Positions 33,352 through 43,071 of a DNA stretch of 64,000 nt are shown here, one piece after another. The notes under the pieces were generated by a model that did not search any database, was not told where the DNA came from, and worked only from the letters and a program-made list of their open reading frames with translations. Location: the NCBI GenBank assembly GCA_965203445.1, contig OZ241883.1:1184001-1248000 (forward strand), read 5' to 3'. Each line of letters begins with the position of its first letter. Position 1 is the first letter of the stretch. The position numbers and the translations under genes are program-made. This DNA comes from Candidatus Oxydemutator sp. (GTDB lineage Bacteria > Pseudomonadota > Gammaproteobacteria > Poriferisulfidales > Oxydemutatoraceae).

Positions 33352-36300
33352 ATGAACAAACCGGCCAAACTGTTCATCACTTATTCGCATCGGGACAAAG
33401 ACGCGATAGACAAACTGAGCAAGCACCTTGCGGTGATGGTCCGAAATGGGGAGATAGAAGCTTGGCACGACAACGAGATTCTCCCGGGCGACCGATGGAA
33501 GGAAAGAATCTCCGACCGTCTCGCTGATTCGGATATTCTGCTTTACCTTACTTCCGCGGCCAGCCTTGCCTCCGAAAACTGCAACAAGGAACTGACCGAA
33601 GCACTGCAAAGCGGGAGAGGCATACGTACAATTCCCGTCATCCTTGAAGCTTGCGACTGGCAGAGACATGAGCTCAGTCAGTTTGAGGTGCTTCCCCACA
33701 AAGGCAAACCTGTCAACAAGTGGGAGCCTGAGAGCGAAGGTTGGCAAAGTGTAGTCAAAGGCATACGCAAAGCTACCCGGGCTATTCAGGCAACTAGCCG
33801 GCCAATGCAAGAGGGGCAAGGCGAACCACTGGCTTATTTGATGCTGGAAAAAGGCAATTTCTTTATGATGCTAGGGCAGTCGGCAAATGCAATAAACGCT
33901 TATTCACAAGCCATTAAGATCAAGCCGGATTTTGTCGAAGCTTATTGCAACCGCGGCGTTGTTTACGGTAAGAAAGGTAATTTCGATGAATCTATCGCAG
34001 ATTTCAACCAAGCCATTGCACTCCAGCCAGATTATGCCGGGGTTTATTGCAACCGCGGCAATGCTTATTTGGAACAAGGTAATTTCGACCAAGCCATTCA
34101 AGATCTCACCCGAGCTATTGAACTACAGCCAGATTTTGCTGCTGCCTATTACAACCGCGGTAATACCCACAATAGGAAAGGCAAATATGACCATGCCATC
34201 CAAGACTTCACCCGAGCTATTGAACTACGGCCAGATTTTGCCATAGCCTACCACAACCGCGGTGCTGCTTACGGTAAGAAAGGTAAACTTGATGAGGCTG
34301 TCGCAGACCTCAGCCAAGCCATTGCGCTCCAGCCAGATGATGCTATTGCCTATGGGAACCGAGGTACGGTCTGGTTGCTCAAGCAGGCATGGGACAAAGC
34401 CAAATCGGATTTGAAGGTCGCCAGGGAGAAGGGCCTGAACATTGCCAAGCTGTTTTCTGACGCCTTTGGCAGCATTTCAGACTATGAGAAGGAATACCAT
34501 ATCCGGCTGCCGCAGGACATCAGAGATCTATTGACCGCATATTCAAATATAAGCCAGCCGTTCCGTCCGAGAGCCAGAATACTGCAACTGCTTGGCGACG
34601 AGTTGATAGGGAATGCACGCTTGGCGATTTTTGAGCTGGTCAAGAACGCCTACGATGCGGATGCAAACGAGGTCGTCGTGACCCTCGATCTCGATCCCAG
34701 TCGGGAACCAACGATCACCATCCATGACGACGGCGAAGGCATGACGCTTGATACACTCCGGTCGGTCTGGCTGGTGCCAGGGAATGATTATCGTCAGAAA
34801 CAACGACAGTCGGACAGAAGGAGCCCCCGGCATCATCGTCTCCCGCTTGGGGAAAAAGGACTCGGCCGGTTTGCCGTTCACAAACTCGGGAATCTCATCC
34901 ACCTCGTGACGCGCGCCCGGGACGCAGGTGAATGTGTCGTCGAAATAGACTGGAACAAACTGATCGCTCAACCGTATCTCGACGAAGCCCCTGTAGCCAT
35001 ACAGGTTCGCCGCCCTGATTTTTTTACCAGAGAGAAAACCGGGACCCGGATTGAAGTCCGACAGTTGCGCACAAGATGGTCGAGAGGCGAAGTGCGACGT
35101 CTGCACAATCAGATCACGTCTATTTGCTCGCCGTTTGAAGAACCAGGCGGATTCCAGGCCACGTTGCGCGTCCCCGGCGGCGAAGACTGGCTGAAAGGCC
35201 TGCCGGACGTTTCCGAGATTCTTGATCGCGCCATCTGGAAGTTCTCATTCCGTATCGAAAATGACAACTTCGACTGGACTTATGAATTCCGCCAAGTTCC
35301 GAGGATCAATCTCGAAGGACGCAAAATCGAGAAATCCGGAGATCGTCTGAAGCTTCCCCCGCGATCCGGAGACGACCGGATGGAAAAGAACATAGTGGCC
35401 GGAGAAAGAGATTTCGAAGGTATCGGCTCCATCACCGGGGAGTTCTACGTATACGACCGGGGTCAGGAGGTTCGCAAGCGGATGCCGAACATCCAGCAGC
35501 TGGAGAAATATCTCGACGAGGTGGGCGGCGTGCGGGTCTATCGGGACGGCATCCGAGTGTACAACTACGGCGAGCGCGGCGACGACTGGCTCGGTCTCGA
35601 TCTTCGTCGCGTGAACGTGCCAACGCGCCGGATCAGCCGCAACATCATTCTGGGAGCGATACACCTCTCTTTGAAAGAATCAACTGGCCTTATGGAAAAA
35701 ACCAACCGGGAAGGATTTGTGGAAAACGAACCCTGCCGTCAATTGCAACGAATCGTCCTCGGTGCCTTGGGCGCCCTGGAAGCAGAACGTCAAATAGATA
35801 AAGAACACATCAGACAGGTGACCGGTAAACCCGACGACCCCACGACCAGGAGAATCGAGAAGCCGATACGAGAACTGAGGCGCGCGCTCAAACGACAGGG
35901 ATTGCAGGACAAATTCGAGGGCTATGTAGCCAGAATAGAGAACAACTACCAGGACATGCAGGAAACGCTGCTTGTCGCGGGCATGTCCGGCCTGAGTCTG
36001 GCCATCGTATTCCACGAAGTGGAACGCGGGGTGCGGGCACTTCACCAGATACTATCCGAGGGCACCGACATGGAGAGCGCGGCTCGCCAGGCGCGGGATC
36101 TCGTGCACACTCTCGACGGTTTTGCGGCGTTGCTCAGACGGGGCAGTAAAAAACGCCACAGCGGGCGGGAGCTTGTCGCCGCTGCACGTCAAAACAGCAT
36201 TCTCCGAATCCGGCATCACCAAGTCAAGTTCGTCTGTCCGTTGCTTGAGGGGAACGATGCCGGCTTTCATTCCCGGTTCGTGTTCGGTCTCGTGCTGGGG

Positions 36301-36660
36301 GCGCTGACCAACCTCGTAGATAATGCTTTCTACTGGCTCCGGGTAAGGTGGCCGGACGTTCCCGGGCCGGAGGACGACTTCGAACGAAAACTCTACATCG
36401 GCCTCTCGCGTGATTTCGAGGCGGGGCCGGCCATCGTGGTTGCGGACAATGGTGCTGGTTTTCAGGGAGACGATCCCGAGAACCTGGTGAGGCCATTCTT
36501 CACGCGCAAGCCCGAAGGTATGGGCCTCGGTCTGTATTATGCGAACTTGGCGATGGAGCTGAACGGAGGACAGCTTGCATTCCCGCAGCCCGGGGAAGTC
36601 GAGCTTCCCGATGAGTTCGACGGCGCGACCGTCGCCCTGATCTTCAAGGAGTCACGATAA
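33352..36660 (+). CDS. Fusion protein: TIR-TPR + MORC/GHKL ATPase + histidine kinase
   Basis: MNKPAK TIR, about 6 TPRs and the cap LPQDIRDLLTA. Then FRPRARILQLLGDELI, ELVKNAYDADA, DDGEGM and GEKGLGRFA. C-terminal FHE, NLVDNA, DNGAG and PFFTRKPEGMGLGL. Confidence 0.9.
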   Translation: MNKPAKLFITYSHRDKDAIDKLSKHLAVMVRNGEIEAWHDNEILPGDRWKERISDRLADSDILLYLTSAASLASENCNKELTEALQSGRGIRTIPVILEACDWQRHELSQFEVLPHKGKPVNKWEPESEGWQSVVKGIRKATRAIQATSRPMQEGQGEPLAYLMLEKGNFFMMLGQSANAINAYSQAIKIKPDFVEAYCNRGVVYGKKGNFDESIADFNQAIALQPDYAGVYCNRGNAYLEQGNFDQAIQDLTRAIELQPDFAAAYYNRGNTHNRKGKYDHAIQDFTRAIELRPDFAIAYHNRGAAYGKKGKLDEAVADLSQAIALQPDDAIAYGNRGTVWLLKQAWDKAKSDLKVAREKGLNIAKLFSDAFGSISDYEKEYHIRLPQDIRDLLTAYSNISQPFRPRARILQLLGDELIGNARLAIFELVKNAYDADANEVVVTLDLDPSREPTITIHDDGEGMTLDTLRSVWLVPGNDYRQKQRQSDRRSPRHHRLPLGEKGLGRFAVHKLGNLIHLVTRARDAGECVVEIDWNKLIAQPYLDEAPVAIQVRRPDFFTREKTGTRIEVRQLRTRWSRGEVRRLHNQITSICSPFEEPGGFQATLRVPGGEDWLKGLPDVSEILDRAIWKFSFRIENDNFDWTYEFRQVPRINLEGRKIEKSGDRLKLPPRSGDDRMEKNIVAGERDFEGIGSITGEFYVYDRGQEVRKRMPNIQQLEKYLDEVGGVRVYRDGIRVYNYGERGDDWLGLDLRRVNVPTRRISRNIILGAIHLSLKESTGLMEKTNREGFVENEPCRQLQRIVLGALGALEAERQIDKEHIRQVTGKPDDPTTRRIEKPIRELRRALKRQGLQDKFEGYVARIENNYQDMQETLLVAGMSGLSLAIVFHEVERGVRALHQILSEGTDMESAARQARDLVHTLDGFAALLRRGSKKRHSGRELVAAARQNSILRIRHHQVKFVCPLLEGNDAGFHSRFVFGLVLGALTNLVDNAFYWLRVRWPDVPGPEDDFERKLYIGLSRDFEAGPAIVVADNGAGFQGDDPENLVRPFFTRKPEGMGLGLYYANLAMELNGGQLAFPQPGEVELPDEFDGATVALIFKESR

Positions 36661-37967
36661 TGCTTCCAGAACCACGAGTGATCGCAATTGACGACGACCC
36701 GAAGCATCTGAAAGGTTTGACCCAAGGGCTCAACCAGTATGGCACGGTATGTCTGCCGGTTCACTACACTGGCGAGAAGACGCCCATCCCCTCGTGCCCG
36801 CATGCCCGGATAATTTTCTCCGATCTACATCTCGTCGAAGGCTCTCCGGGAAACTACTCCCGGGATTTCAGTGCGATTGGTGGCCTGCTCGAAAACATGA
36901 TCAAGCCGTCCGGCCCCTATCTCATCATCCTGTGGACGAGGTATCCGGAACAGGCAGACAGACTCCATGACACTCTTAAGGAAGACTTTCAGGACATAGC
37001 GAAGCCATTTGCTGTGCAGCCACTCGACAAGAAAGACTACCTCAATCCCGAGGGTGCCGTGAAAAGTCCCGAAAAACTTGTCGAAGCCATAAGGCAGGTC
37101 GTTACGGAGCAACCACAGGTCGGGGCGCTGCTCAACTGGGAAGAACGAGTGTTGGAGGCGGCTGCGGATACCGCGTCGTCCATCACGAGGCTGGCGGAAT
37201 CCGCAACAAGAGGAAAAGACGTAGAAACAAGTGAAGAGACAGGACGGCTGATTGCGAACTTGGCCGTGGCGTCCGCTGGCAAGGAACATGTAGGAAGGGA
37301 TCGGTTTCGGGCCGTGAACGAGAGTCTTCTGCCCATCCTCGGCGACCGTATCGCATCCATGCGCTCACGAAAGAATGACAATGAGTTGTGGAAAAACGCA
37401 CTTGGCGAATTTGCTGCCGGACGGGAATTGTCTCAGGACGAAGCCGCACAGCTTAACTGCCTGCTTCACATTGAGCGACCGGCTGACGGCGACGGAACGG
37501 AACGCGGCGCGGTGATTGATCTCCCGGATGAATTTTCCGGGGAGATGTTTAAGGACACATTCGACATCACGTCCAAGGAAGCGGCGGAAAAACAATTCTG
37601 GAGCAAAGACACTCAGGAAAATGCCGATCTTCAGTGGGTTCTGGTGCAGACTCAAGCGGCCTGCGACTATGCGCAAACCCAGCCGGGGCCGCCGCCCTTC
37701 CACCTGGGCCTTTGCCTTCCAGCATCAGAAGTCAAGAACAAGAAGAAGCATAAACCACCTGCCGCTCTTTGGGATAGTCCATGTTTCAAACACAATGATC
37801 AACCCTGTTTTCTGCACGTGAACGCACGGTTCCAGGTATCGTTGCCGAGCGCCAAAGCAAAGCAGGCATCGCTACTCTTCCGCCTGCGCGAACAACTTCT
37901 CAACAACCTGATTTACCAGATTCACGGCTACGGCGCCCGCCCCGGCATCATCTCGTTGGGCGGATAG
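36660..37967 (+). CDS. Receiver-domain protein associated with MORC-HK/R-M systems
   Basis: VIAIDDD, FSDLHL, IILWT and a C-terminal QAACDYAQ. Coupled to the kinase stop. Confidence 0.7.
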   Translation: MLPEPRVIAIDDDPKHLKGLTQGLNQYGTVCLPVHYTGEKTPIPSCPHARIIFSDLHLVEGSPGNYSRDFSAIGGLLENMIKPSGPYLIILWTRYPEQADRLHDTLKEDFQDIAKPFAVQPLDKKDYLNPEGAVKSPEKLVEAIRQVVTEQPQVGALLNWEERVLEAAADTASSITRLAESATRGKDVETSEETGRLIANLAVASAGKEHVGRDRFRAVNESLLPILGDRIASMRSRKNDNELWKNALGEFAAGRELSQDEAAQLNCLLHIERPADGDGTERGAVIDLPDEFSGEMFKDTFDITSKEAAEKQFWSKDTQENADLQWVLVQTQAACDYAQTQPGPPPFHLGLCLPASEVKNKKKHKPPAALWDSPCFKHNDQPCFLHVNARFQVSLPSAKAKQASLLFRLREQLLNNLIYQIHGYGARPGIISLGG

Positions 37968-38026
37968 AAGCAGATTCAGATGCTTCCAGCGTCCGCTTCT
38001 GCAAACGCGAAACAGTAAAACGGGTG

Positions 38027-38980
38027 TCAGGAATCTGCAATCAACGAGCTGACCACCGCCGTCATGACTGGTGGGCAGACGCCGTTTCCGAGAAGCCGGA
38101 CGCGGTCGCGACGGCTGCCGACCGGAAGCTTGAAGTCCTCGTCGAACCCCATCGCACGTTTGAGCTCCGGCACCTGCAACATCCGCATTCGCGGTTCACG
38201 GCCGTCATGCCGAATCAGGGCGAAGCGGTCCAGGGTGGTGATCGTGCGAAGAGGGCGGCTCAGGGGTTGCCAGCCGCCGGCGCCGTCACTCCCGTAGTAC
38301 ACCAGCAGGAAACTGGCGTCCTCCCCGAGCGTTCGGAATCCGCGCTCTGCCCGTTCCAGGGTGGCCGAGGCACGCCGTTTGTCGAACAGTGCCGATGTTT
38401 TCCACGCACCGGCGGGATCGAGCACGGATCCGGCCGACTTCCTGCGGCCGGGGCGTTTGCGGACGTGTCGGGGCGGCTGCCGCATCCGGTCGCCCACGAG
38501 AAACAGGCGACGCCGGCGCTGCGGCACACCGAAGTCGGCGGCATCCAGCACGTGCTCCTGAAGATGGTAACCGAGCTTCCGAAGCTTGCATTTGAGCTCG
38601 TCGTAACGCGACCAGGGGCGCATATGGATCACGTTCTCCAGCACCAGCCATCTGGAACGAAGTACGCGTGCGTATTCAACTACCAGCATGGCGGTCGAGC
38701 GACTCGATTCGTCGCGTGGCGCCCCGCCTTTGGCGCAAGTGTGGCTGGTGCATTCCGGCGATGCGAGCAGGATGTCAACGTCGCCGGTCTTTTTCTTCAT
38801 GGCATTGAGGGAAACGTCTTCCAGGCGGCTGGTGACCACCAGGGCCTCCGGGAAGTTGGCGGCGAACGTGCCGGATGCCGTTGCACACATGTCAATACCG
38901 GCGGCTATCTGCACACCCGCCGCACGTGCTCCGGCGCTGCTGCCGCCGGCGCCACAGAACATGTCACATCCTCGTATCAT
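38027..38980 (-). CDS. dcm: C5-cytosine DNA methyltransferase
   Basis: Motifs DMFCGAGG, SPEC, LENV, GVPQRRRRLF and LGNGVCPP. The start overlaps the vsr stop. Confidence 0.92.
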   Translation of the reverse strand: MIRGCDMFCGAGGSSAGARAAGVQIAAGIDMCATASGTFAANFPEALVVTSRLEDVSLNAMKKKTGDVDILLASPECTSHTCAKGGAPRDESSRSTAMLVVEYARVLRSRWLVLENVIHMRPWSRYDELKCKLRKLGYHLQEHVLDAADFGVPQRRRRLFLVGDRMRQPPRHVRKRPGRRKSAGSVLDPAGAWKTSALFDKRRASATLERAERGFRTLGEDASFLLVYYGSDGAGGWQPLSRPLRTITTLDRFALIRHDGREPRMRMLQVPELKRAMGFDEDFKLPVGSRRDRVRLLGNGVCPPVMTAVVSSLIADS

Positions 38981-39462
38981 CTTTCGGGAGCCGTCCGCAC
39001 GCGCTGTTTCGGGAAGCAATGACGGCCACCTTTGGAGACCGGAACCGTTTTGCATCCGTCGGTATTCTCTTCCAGATACCTCCTGATGGTCTCCTCGTCT
39101 CGCGTCTCACATTCCCAGATGACGAGAACCCGCCATCCGAGATCCCGCAATACCTCTTCGTTGCGACGATCCCGGGCGACGTTCTGCGCGAACTTCTCGG
39201 TCCAGAACGCAACGTGCGATTTGGGCGTGTATGCGTAGCGACATCCGCCGTGCCGGTGCCAGTAACACCCATGCACAAAAACAACCAGTCGGTGCTTAGG
39301 GAAAACCAGATCCGGACAACCTGGAATATCTTTCCTGTGTAAGCGGAAGCGGAGGCCGAGATTGTGGGCGACACGGCGGACGGCGATTTCAGGGGCGGTG
39401 TCCCGCCCTCTGATTCTCGACATATTCTCACTTCGTCTTTCGCTGCTTACTATATCTACCAT
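38977..39462 (-). CDS. vsr: Very short patch repair endonuclease
   Basis: RSENMSRIRGRDT.PE, PG.PDLV, FVHGCYWHRH and GWRVLVIWECE. Confidence 0.95.
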   Translation of the reverse strand: MVDIVSSERRSENMSRIRGRDTAPEIAVRRVAHNLGLRFRLHRKDIPGCPDLVFPKHRLVVFVHGCYWHRHGGCRYAYTPKSHVAFWTEKFAQNVARDRRNEEVLRDLGWRVLVIWECETRDEETIRRYLEENTDGCKTVPVSKGGRHCFPKQRVRTAPER

Positions 39463-39598
39463 ACGGAATTCCCTGCGAGATGACTGACCTTCCCCTGAAC
39501 AGGGCCACAGTCATTGAGAGAAATTCCATTGTATCAGGCTGCCTTGCCCCCCTCTCCAAGTCAGGCCACCGACGTCGGGAGGACTTTCATTTCATCGC

Positions 39599-39660
39599 CC
39601 CCTCTCCCCCCGGGAGAGGGTTTGAAAGATGGCCCTGATCAGGAGGGACAGGTCAAGGGC
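39599..39660. repeat. Palindrome plus partial leader B marking the right edge of the island
   Basis: ccctctcccccgggagagggtttgaaagatggccctgatcaggagggacagg resembles 33232-33267. Confidence 0.6.
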
Positions 39661-39670
39661 ACGCGGACGC

Positions 39671-39710
39671 AAAAAGAAAGGGTGCGCGCCGCGTCCGTGG
39701 CGCGCACCCT
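39671..39710 (-). terminator. Rho-independent terminator of glnK-amtB
   Basis: 12-bp stem agggtgcgcgcc/ggcgcgcaccct followed on the minus strand by TTCTTTTT. Confidence 0.85.
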
Positions 39711-39729
39711 CCAGCAGGAGAAATTCTCG

Positions 39730-41028
39730 TCACAGGTGATAGCCGGTCTCGTCGTACTGGGTGATGTCCAGGCCTTCGGTTTCCTCGTCTTCGTCCACGC
39801 GCAGGCCGACGAACATCTGCACGATCTTGAGCACGACGAAGGTTGCGATTGCGGTCCACGCGATGGCCGCGCCCGCGCCCATGATCTGCACGCCGACTTG
39901 GCCGCCCATGGTCATGCCTTCGGCGTAGCCCGCGCCGCCCCATTGTTCGGCGACGAACACGCCGCACAGGATGGTGCCGAGCGCGCCGCCGACGCCGTGC
40001 ACCGGGAACACGTCGAGCGAGTCGTCTATCTTGAAGGTGCGCTTGATCAGGTTGGTTGCGAAGAAGCACACCGCGCCTGCGGCCAGGCCGATGATCAGCG
40101 CCCCCAACGGCCCGACGAAGCCGGACGCCGGGGTGATCGTGCCGAGACCCGCGACCATGCCGGTAACGATGCCGAGCACGCTCGGTTTGCCGTGGCGCAT
40201 CCACTCGAGCGCGGCCCACGTCAGCGACGCCGCGGCCGCGCTTATGTGCGTGACCAGCATGGCCATGCCGGCGTCGCCGTTGGCGGCGACCGCGCTGCCG
40301 GCGTTGAAGCCGAACCAGCCGACCCACAACATGCCGGCGCCCATGACCGTCAGCGGCAGGTTGTGCGGCGGCATCGGCGTGCCGGGGAAGCCCGTGCGCT
40401 CGCGCAAGACCAAGGCCGCGACCAGCGCGCCGACGCCGGCCGTGATGTGGACGACGGTGCCGCCGGCGAAGTCCAGCAGCCCGGCCTCGCCGAGCCAGCC
40501 GCCTCCCCACACCCAGTGGCACACCGGGAAATACACGACGGTCATCCACAGCAGGCTGAACAGCAGCATCGAGGAATACTTCATGCGTTCGGCGAAGCCG
40601 CCGACGATCAGCGCCGGCGTGATGATCGCAAACGTCAGCTGGAACATCACGAACACCGTCTCCGGCAGCGTGCCGGAAAGCGCGTCGCGCCCGACGCCGG
40701 CAAGCCACGCCTTGTCGAGGCCGCCGATCCATGCGTTGGCGCCGCCGCCGTCGGCGAACGACAGGCTGTAGCCGTAGATCAGCCAGACGATGGACGCCAG
40801 GCAGGTGATCGAAAAGCATTGCATCAGTACCGACAGCACGTTCTTCGCGCGCACCAGGCCGGCGTAAAACAGCGACAGCCCCGGGATCGTCATGAACAAT
40901 ACCAGCGCGGTCGAGGTCAGGATCCACGCGGTGTCGCCGGTGTCGAGGGCGTCGGCCGAGGCCGCGACCGGCAGCATCGCGCCCGCCAAAATTGCCGCGC
41001 CAGCCAAAATTGACATTAGCTTCTTCAT
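39730..41028 (-). CDS. amtB: Ammonium transporter
   Basis: FYAGLVR.KN, DFAGGTVVH, WVGWFGFNAGS and DDSLDVFPVHG. AAGGAG RBS. Confidence 0.97.
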   Translation of the reverse strand: MKKLMSILAGAAILAGAMLPVAASADALDTGDTAWILTSTALVLFMTIPGLSLFYAGLVRAKNVLSVLMQCFSITCLASIVWLIYGYSLSFADGGGANAWIGGLDKAWLAGVGRDALSGTLPETVFVMFQLTFAIITPALIVGGFAERMKYSSMLLFSLLWMTVVYFPVCHWVWGGGWLGEAGLLDFAGGTVVHITAGVGALVAALVLRERTGFPGTPMPPHNLPLTVMGAGMLWVGWFGFNAGSAVAANGDAGMAMLVTHISAAAASLTWAALEWMRHGKPSVLGIVTGMVAGLGTITPASGFVGPLGALIIGLAAGAVCFFATNLIKRTFKIDDSLDVFPVHGVGGALGTILCGVFVAEQWGGAGYAEGMTMGGQVGVQIMGAGAAIAWTAIATFVVLKIVQMFVGLRVDEDEETEGLDITQYDETGYHL

Positions 41029-41089
41029 GGTGTGATTCTCCTTTATTGCAGCGCTTGTGAAAGCGTTCATTAGCGTTTATTAACGTTCA

Positions 41090-41587
<498 letters not shown>

Positions 41588-41731
41588 CTATGCCCTGTTC
41601 TTTGCCGACAATGCGCACTCACGGGGCAGTTCGCGGGGCGGGCGGGGTCGGCCGGTAGGCACGAGGAAGCCGATGCGAGGGGAGGGTGGGTACGTTCGTT
41701 CTTTATAATACCGCGGCGACGGGGGAGAGTT

Positions 41732-42460
41732 ATGAGCACCAGCACCAGACCCAGCGGGCGCGCGCCCGATGAATTGCGGCCGGTTCGTTTCGAGCGCGAT
41801 TATCTCGCCCGCGCCCGCGCCTCGGTGTTGGTTTGTTTCGGCGACACCCGCGTGCTGTGCGCGGCCAGCGTCGAGGATCGCGTGCCGCATTTTCTGAAGG
41901 GCGCGCGGCGCGGCTGGCTGACCGCCGAGTACGGCATGTTGCCCGCGGCCACTTCGACGCGCTCGGCGCGCGAGGCGGTGCGCGGCCGGCAGGGCGGGCG
42001 CACGCTCGAAATACAACGGCTGATAGGGCGGTCGCTGCGCGCCTGCCTCGACTTGGCGGCACTCGGCGAGCGCACCATCACGATAGACTGCGACGTCATC
42101 GAGGCCGACGGCGGCACCCGCGCGGCGGCCATCAACGGCGGCTACGTCGCGCTGCACGCCGCGGTGCGCGGCCTGCTCGCCTGCGGGCGCCTCAAGCGGG
42201 ACCCGGTGCACGGCCTGGTGTCGGCGGTATCGGTCGGCATCTGCAAGGGCGTTCCGGTGCTCGATCTCGACTACGCCGAAGACAGCGAAGCCGAGACCGA
42301 CATGAACGTCGTCATGAACGACGCCGGTCATTTCATCGAGGTGCAGGGCACCGCCGAGGGCCACGCTTTCACGCGCACCGAGCTCGACGGCATGCTGGCG
42401 CTCGCCGAACGCGGCACGCGGGCAATCGCGGCGCTGCAACGCGAAGTCCTCGCCGCGTGA
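41732..42460 (+). CDS. rph: Ribonuclease PH
   Basis: [36 protein letters not shown] and DGGTR. Confidence 0.97.
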   Translation: MSTSTRPSGRAPDELRPVRFERDYLARARASVLVCFGDTRVLCAASVEDRVPHFLKGARRGWLTAEYGMLPAATSTRSAREAVRGRQGGRTLEIQRLIGRSLRACLDLAALGERTITIDCDVIEADGGTRAAAINGGYVALHAAVRGLLACGRLKRDPVHGLVSAVSVGICKGVPVLDLDYAEDSEAETDMNVVMNDAGHFIEVQGTAEGHAFTRTELDGMLALAERGTRAIAALQREVLAA

Positions 42461-43059
42461 CGCCGCCTGCGATTTTGGTCGTCGCCAGCGGCAATCGCGG
42501 CAAGCTCGAGGAACTGCGCGCGATTCTCGCCGGCCTGCCGTTCACGTTGCGCCCGCAATCCGATTTTGGCCTGCAAAGCGCCGACGAGACCGGTGCGAAT
42601 TTCGTCGAGAACGCGCTGCTCAAGGCGCGCCACGCGTGCCGCGAGACCGGCTTTGCCGCGATTGCCGACGACTCGGGATTGGAAGTGGACGCGCTCGACG
42701 GCGCGCCGGGCCTACGCTCGGCGCGCTACGCCGGCGACGGTGCCGACGATATGCGCAACCGCGAGAAACTGTTGCACGAACTGCGCGCGTTCGCCGACGA
42801 CGCGCTGAGCGCGCGCTTTCACTGCGCCGCGGTATTGCTGCGCGACGCCGCCGACGCCGCGCCGATCATCGTCGAGGCCTGCTGGCACGGGCGCATCACG
42901 CGCGAGCCGCGCGGCGACGGCGGTTTCGGTTACGACCCGCTCTTCTACGTGCCCGACCACGGCTGCACCGCGGCCGAGCTTGCGCCACGCGTGAAGAACG
43001 CGATCAGCCACCGGGCGCGCGCGTTCGGCGAGTTGCGCGCGCGCTTGCAGGCGCGCTGA
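42457..43059 (+). CDS. rdgB: Non-canonical purine NTP pyrophosphatase
   Basis: [26 protein letters not shown] and KNAISHR. Confidence 0.95.
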   Translation: MTPPAILVVASGNRGKLEELRAILAGLPFTLRPQSDFGLQSADETGANFVENALLKARHACRETGFAAIADDSGLEVDALDGAPGLRSARYAGDGADDMRNREKLLHELRAFADDALSARFHCAAVLLRDAADAAPIIVEACWHGRITREPRGDGGFGYDPLFYVPDHGCTAAELAPRVKNAISHRARAFGELRARLQAR

Positions 43060-43071
43060 GGCGGTCGAGCG

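Noticed and set aside
22500-34380. DGR-like NNC variation at the AYxNRG position (aac, tac, tgc, ttc, cac, cgc)
   Set aside because: These residues are normal TPR variation, variation is not limited to adenines, and no reverse transcriptase or template repeat is in the window.
15030-39462. Assignment to Thoeris, DISARM, BREX or CBASS
   Set aside because: No ThsA, DrmA/DrmB, PglZ/BrxC or cyclase genes were recognised; only individual shared domains are present.
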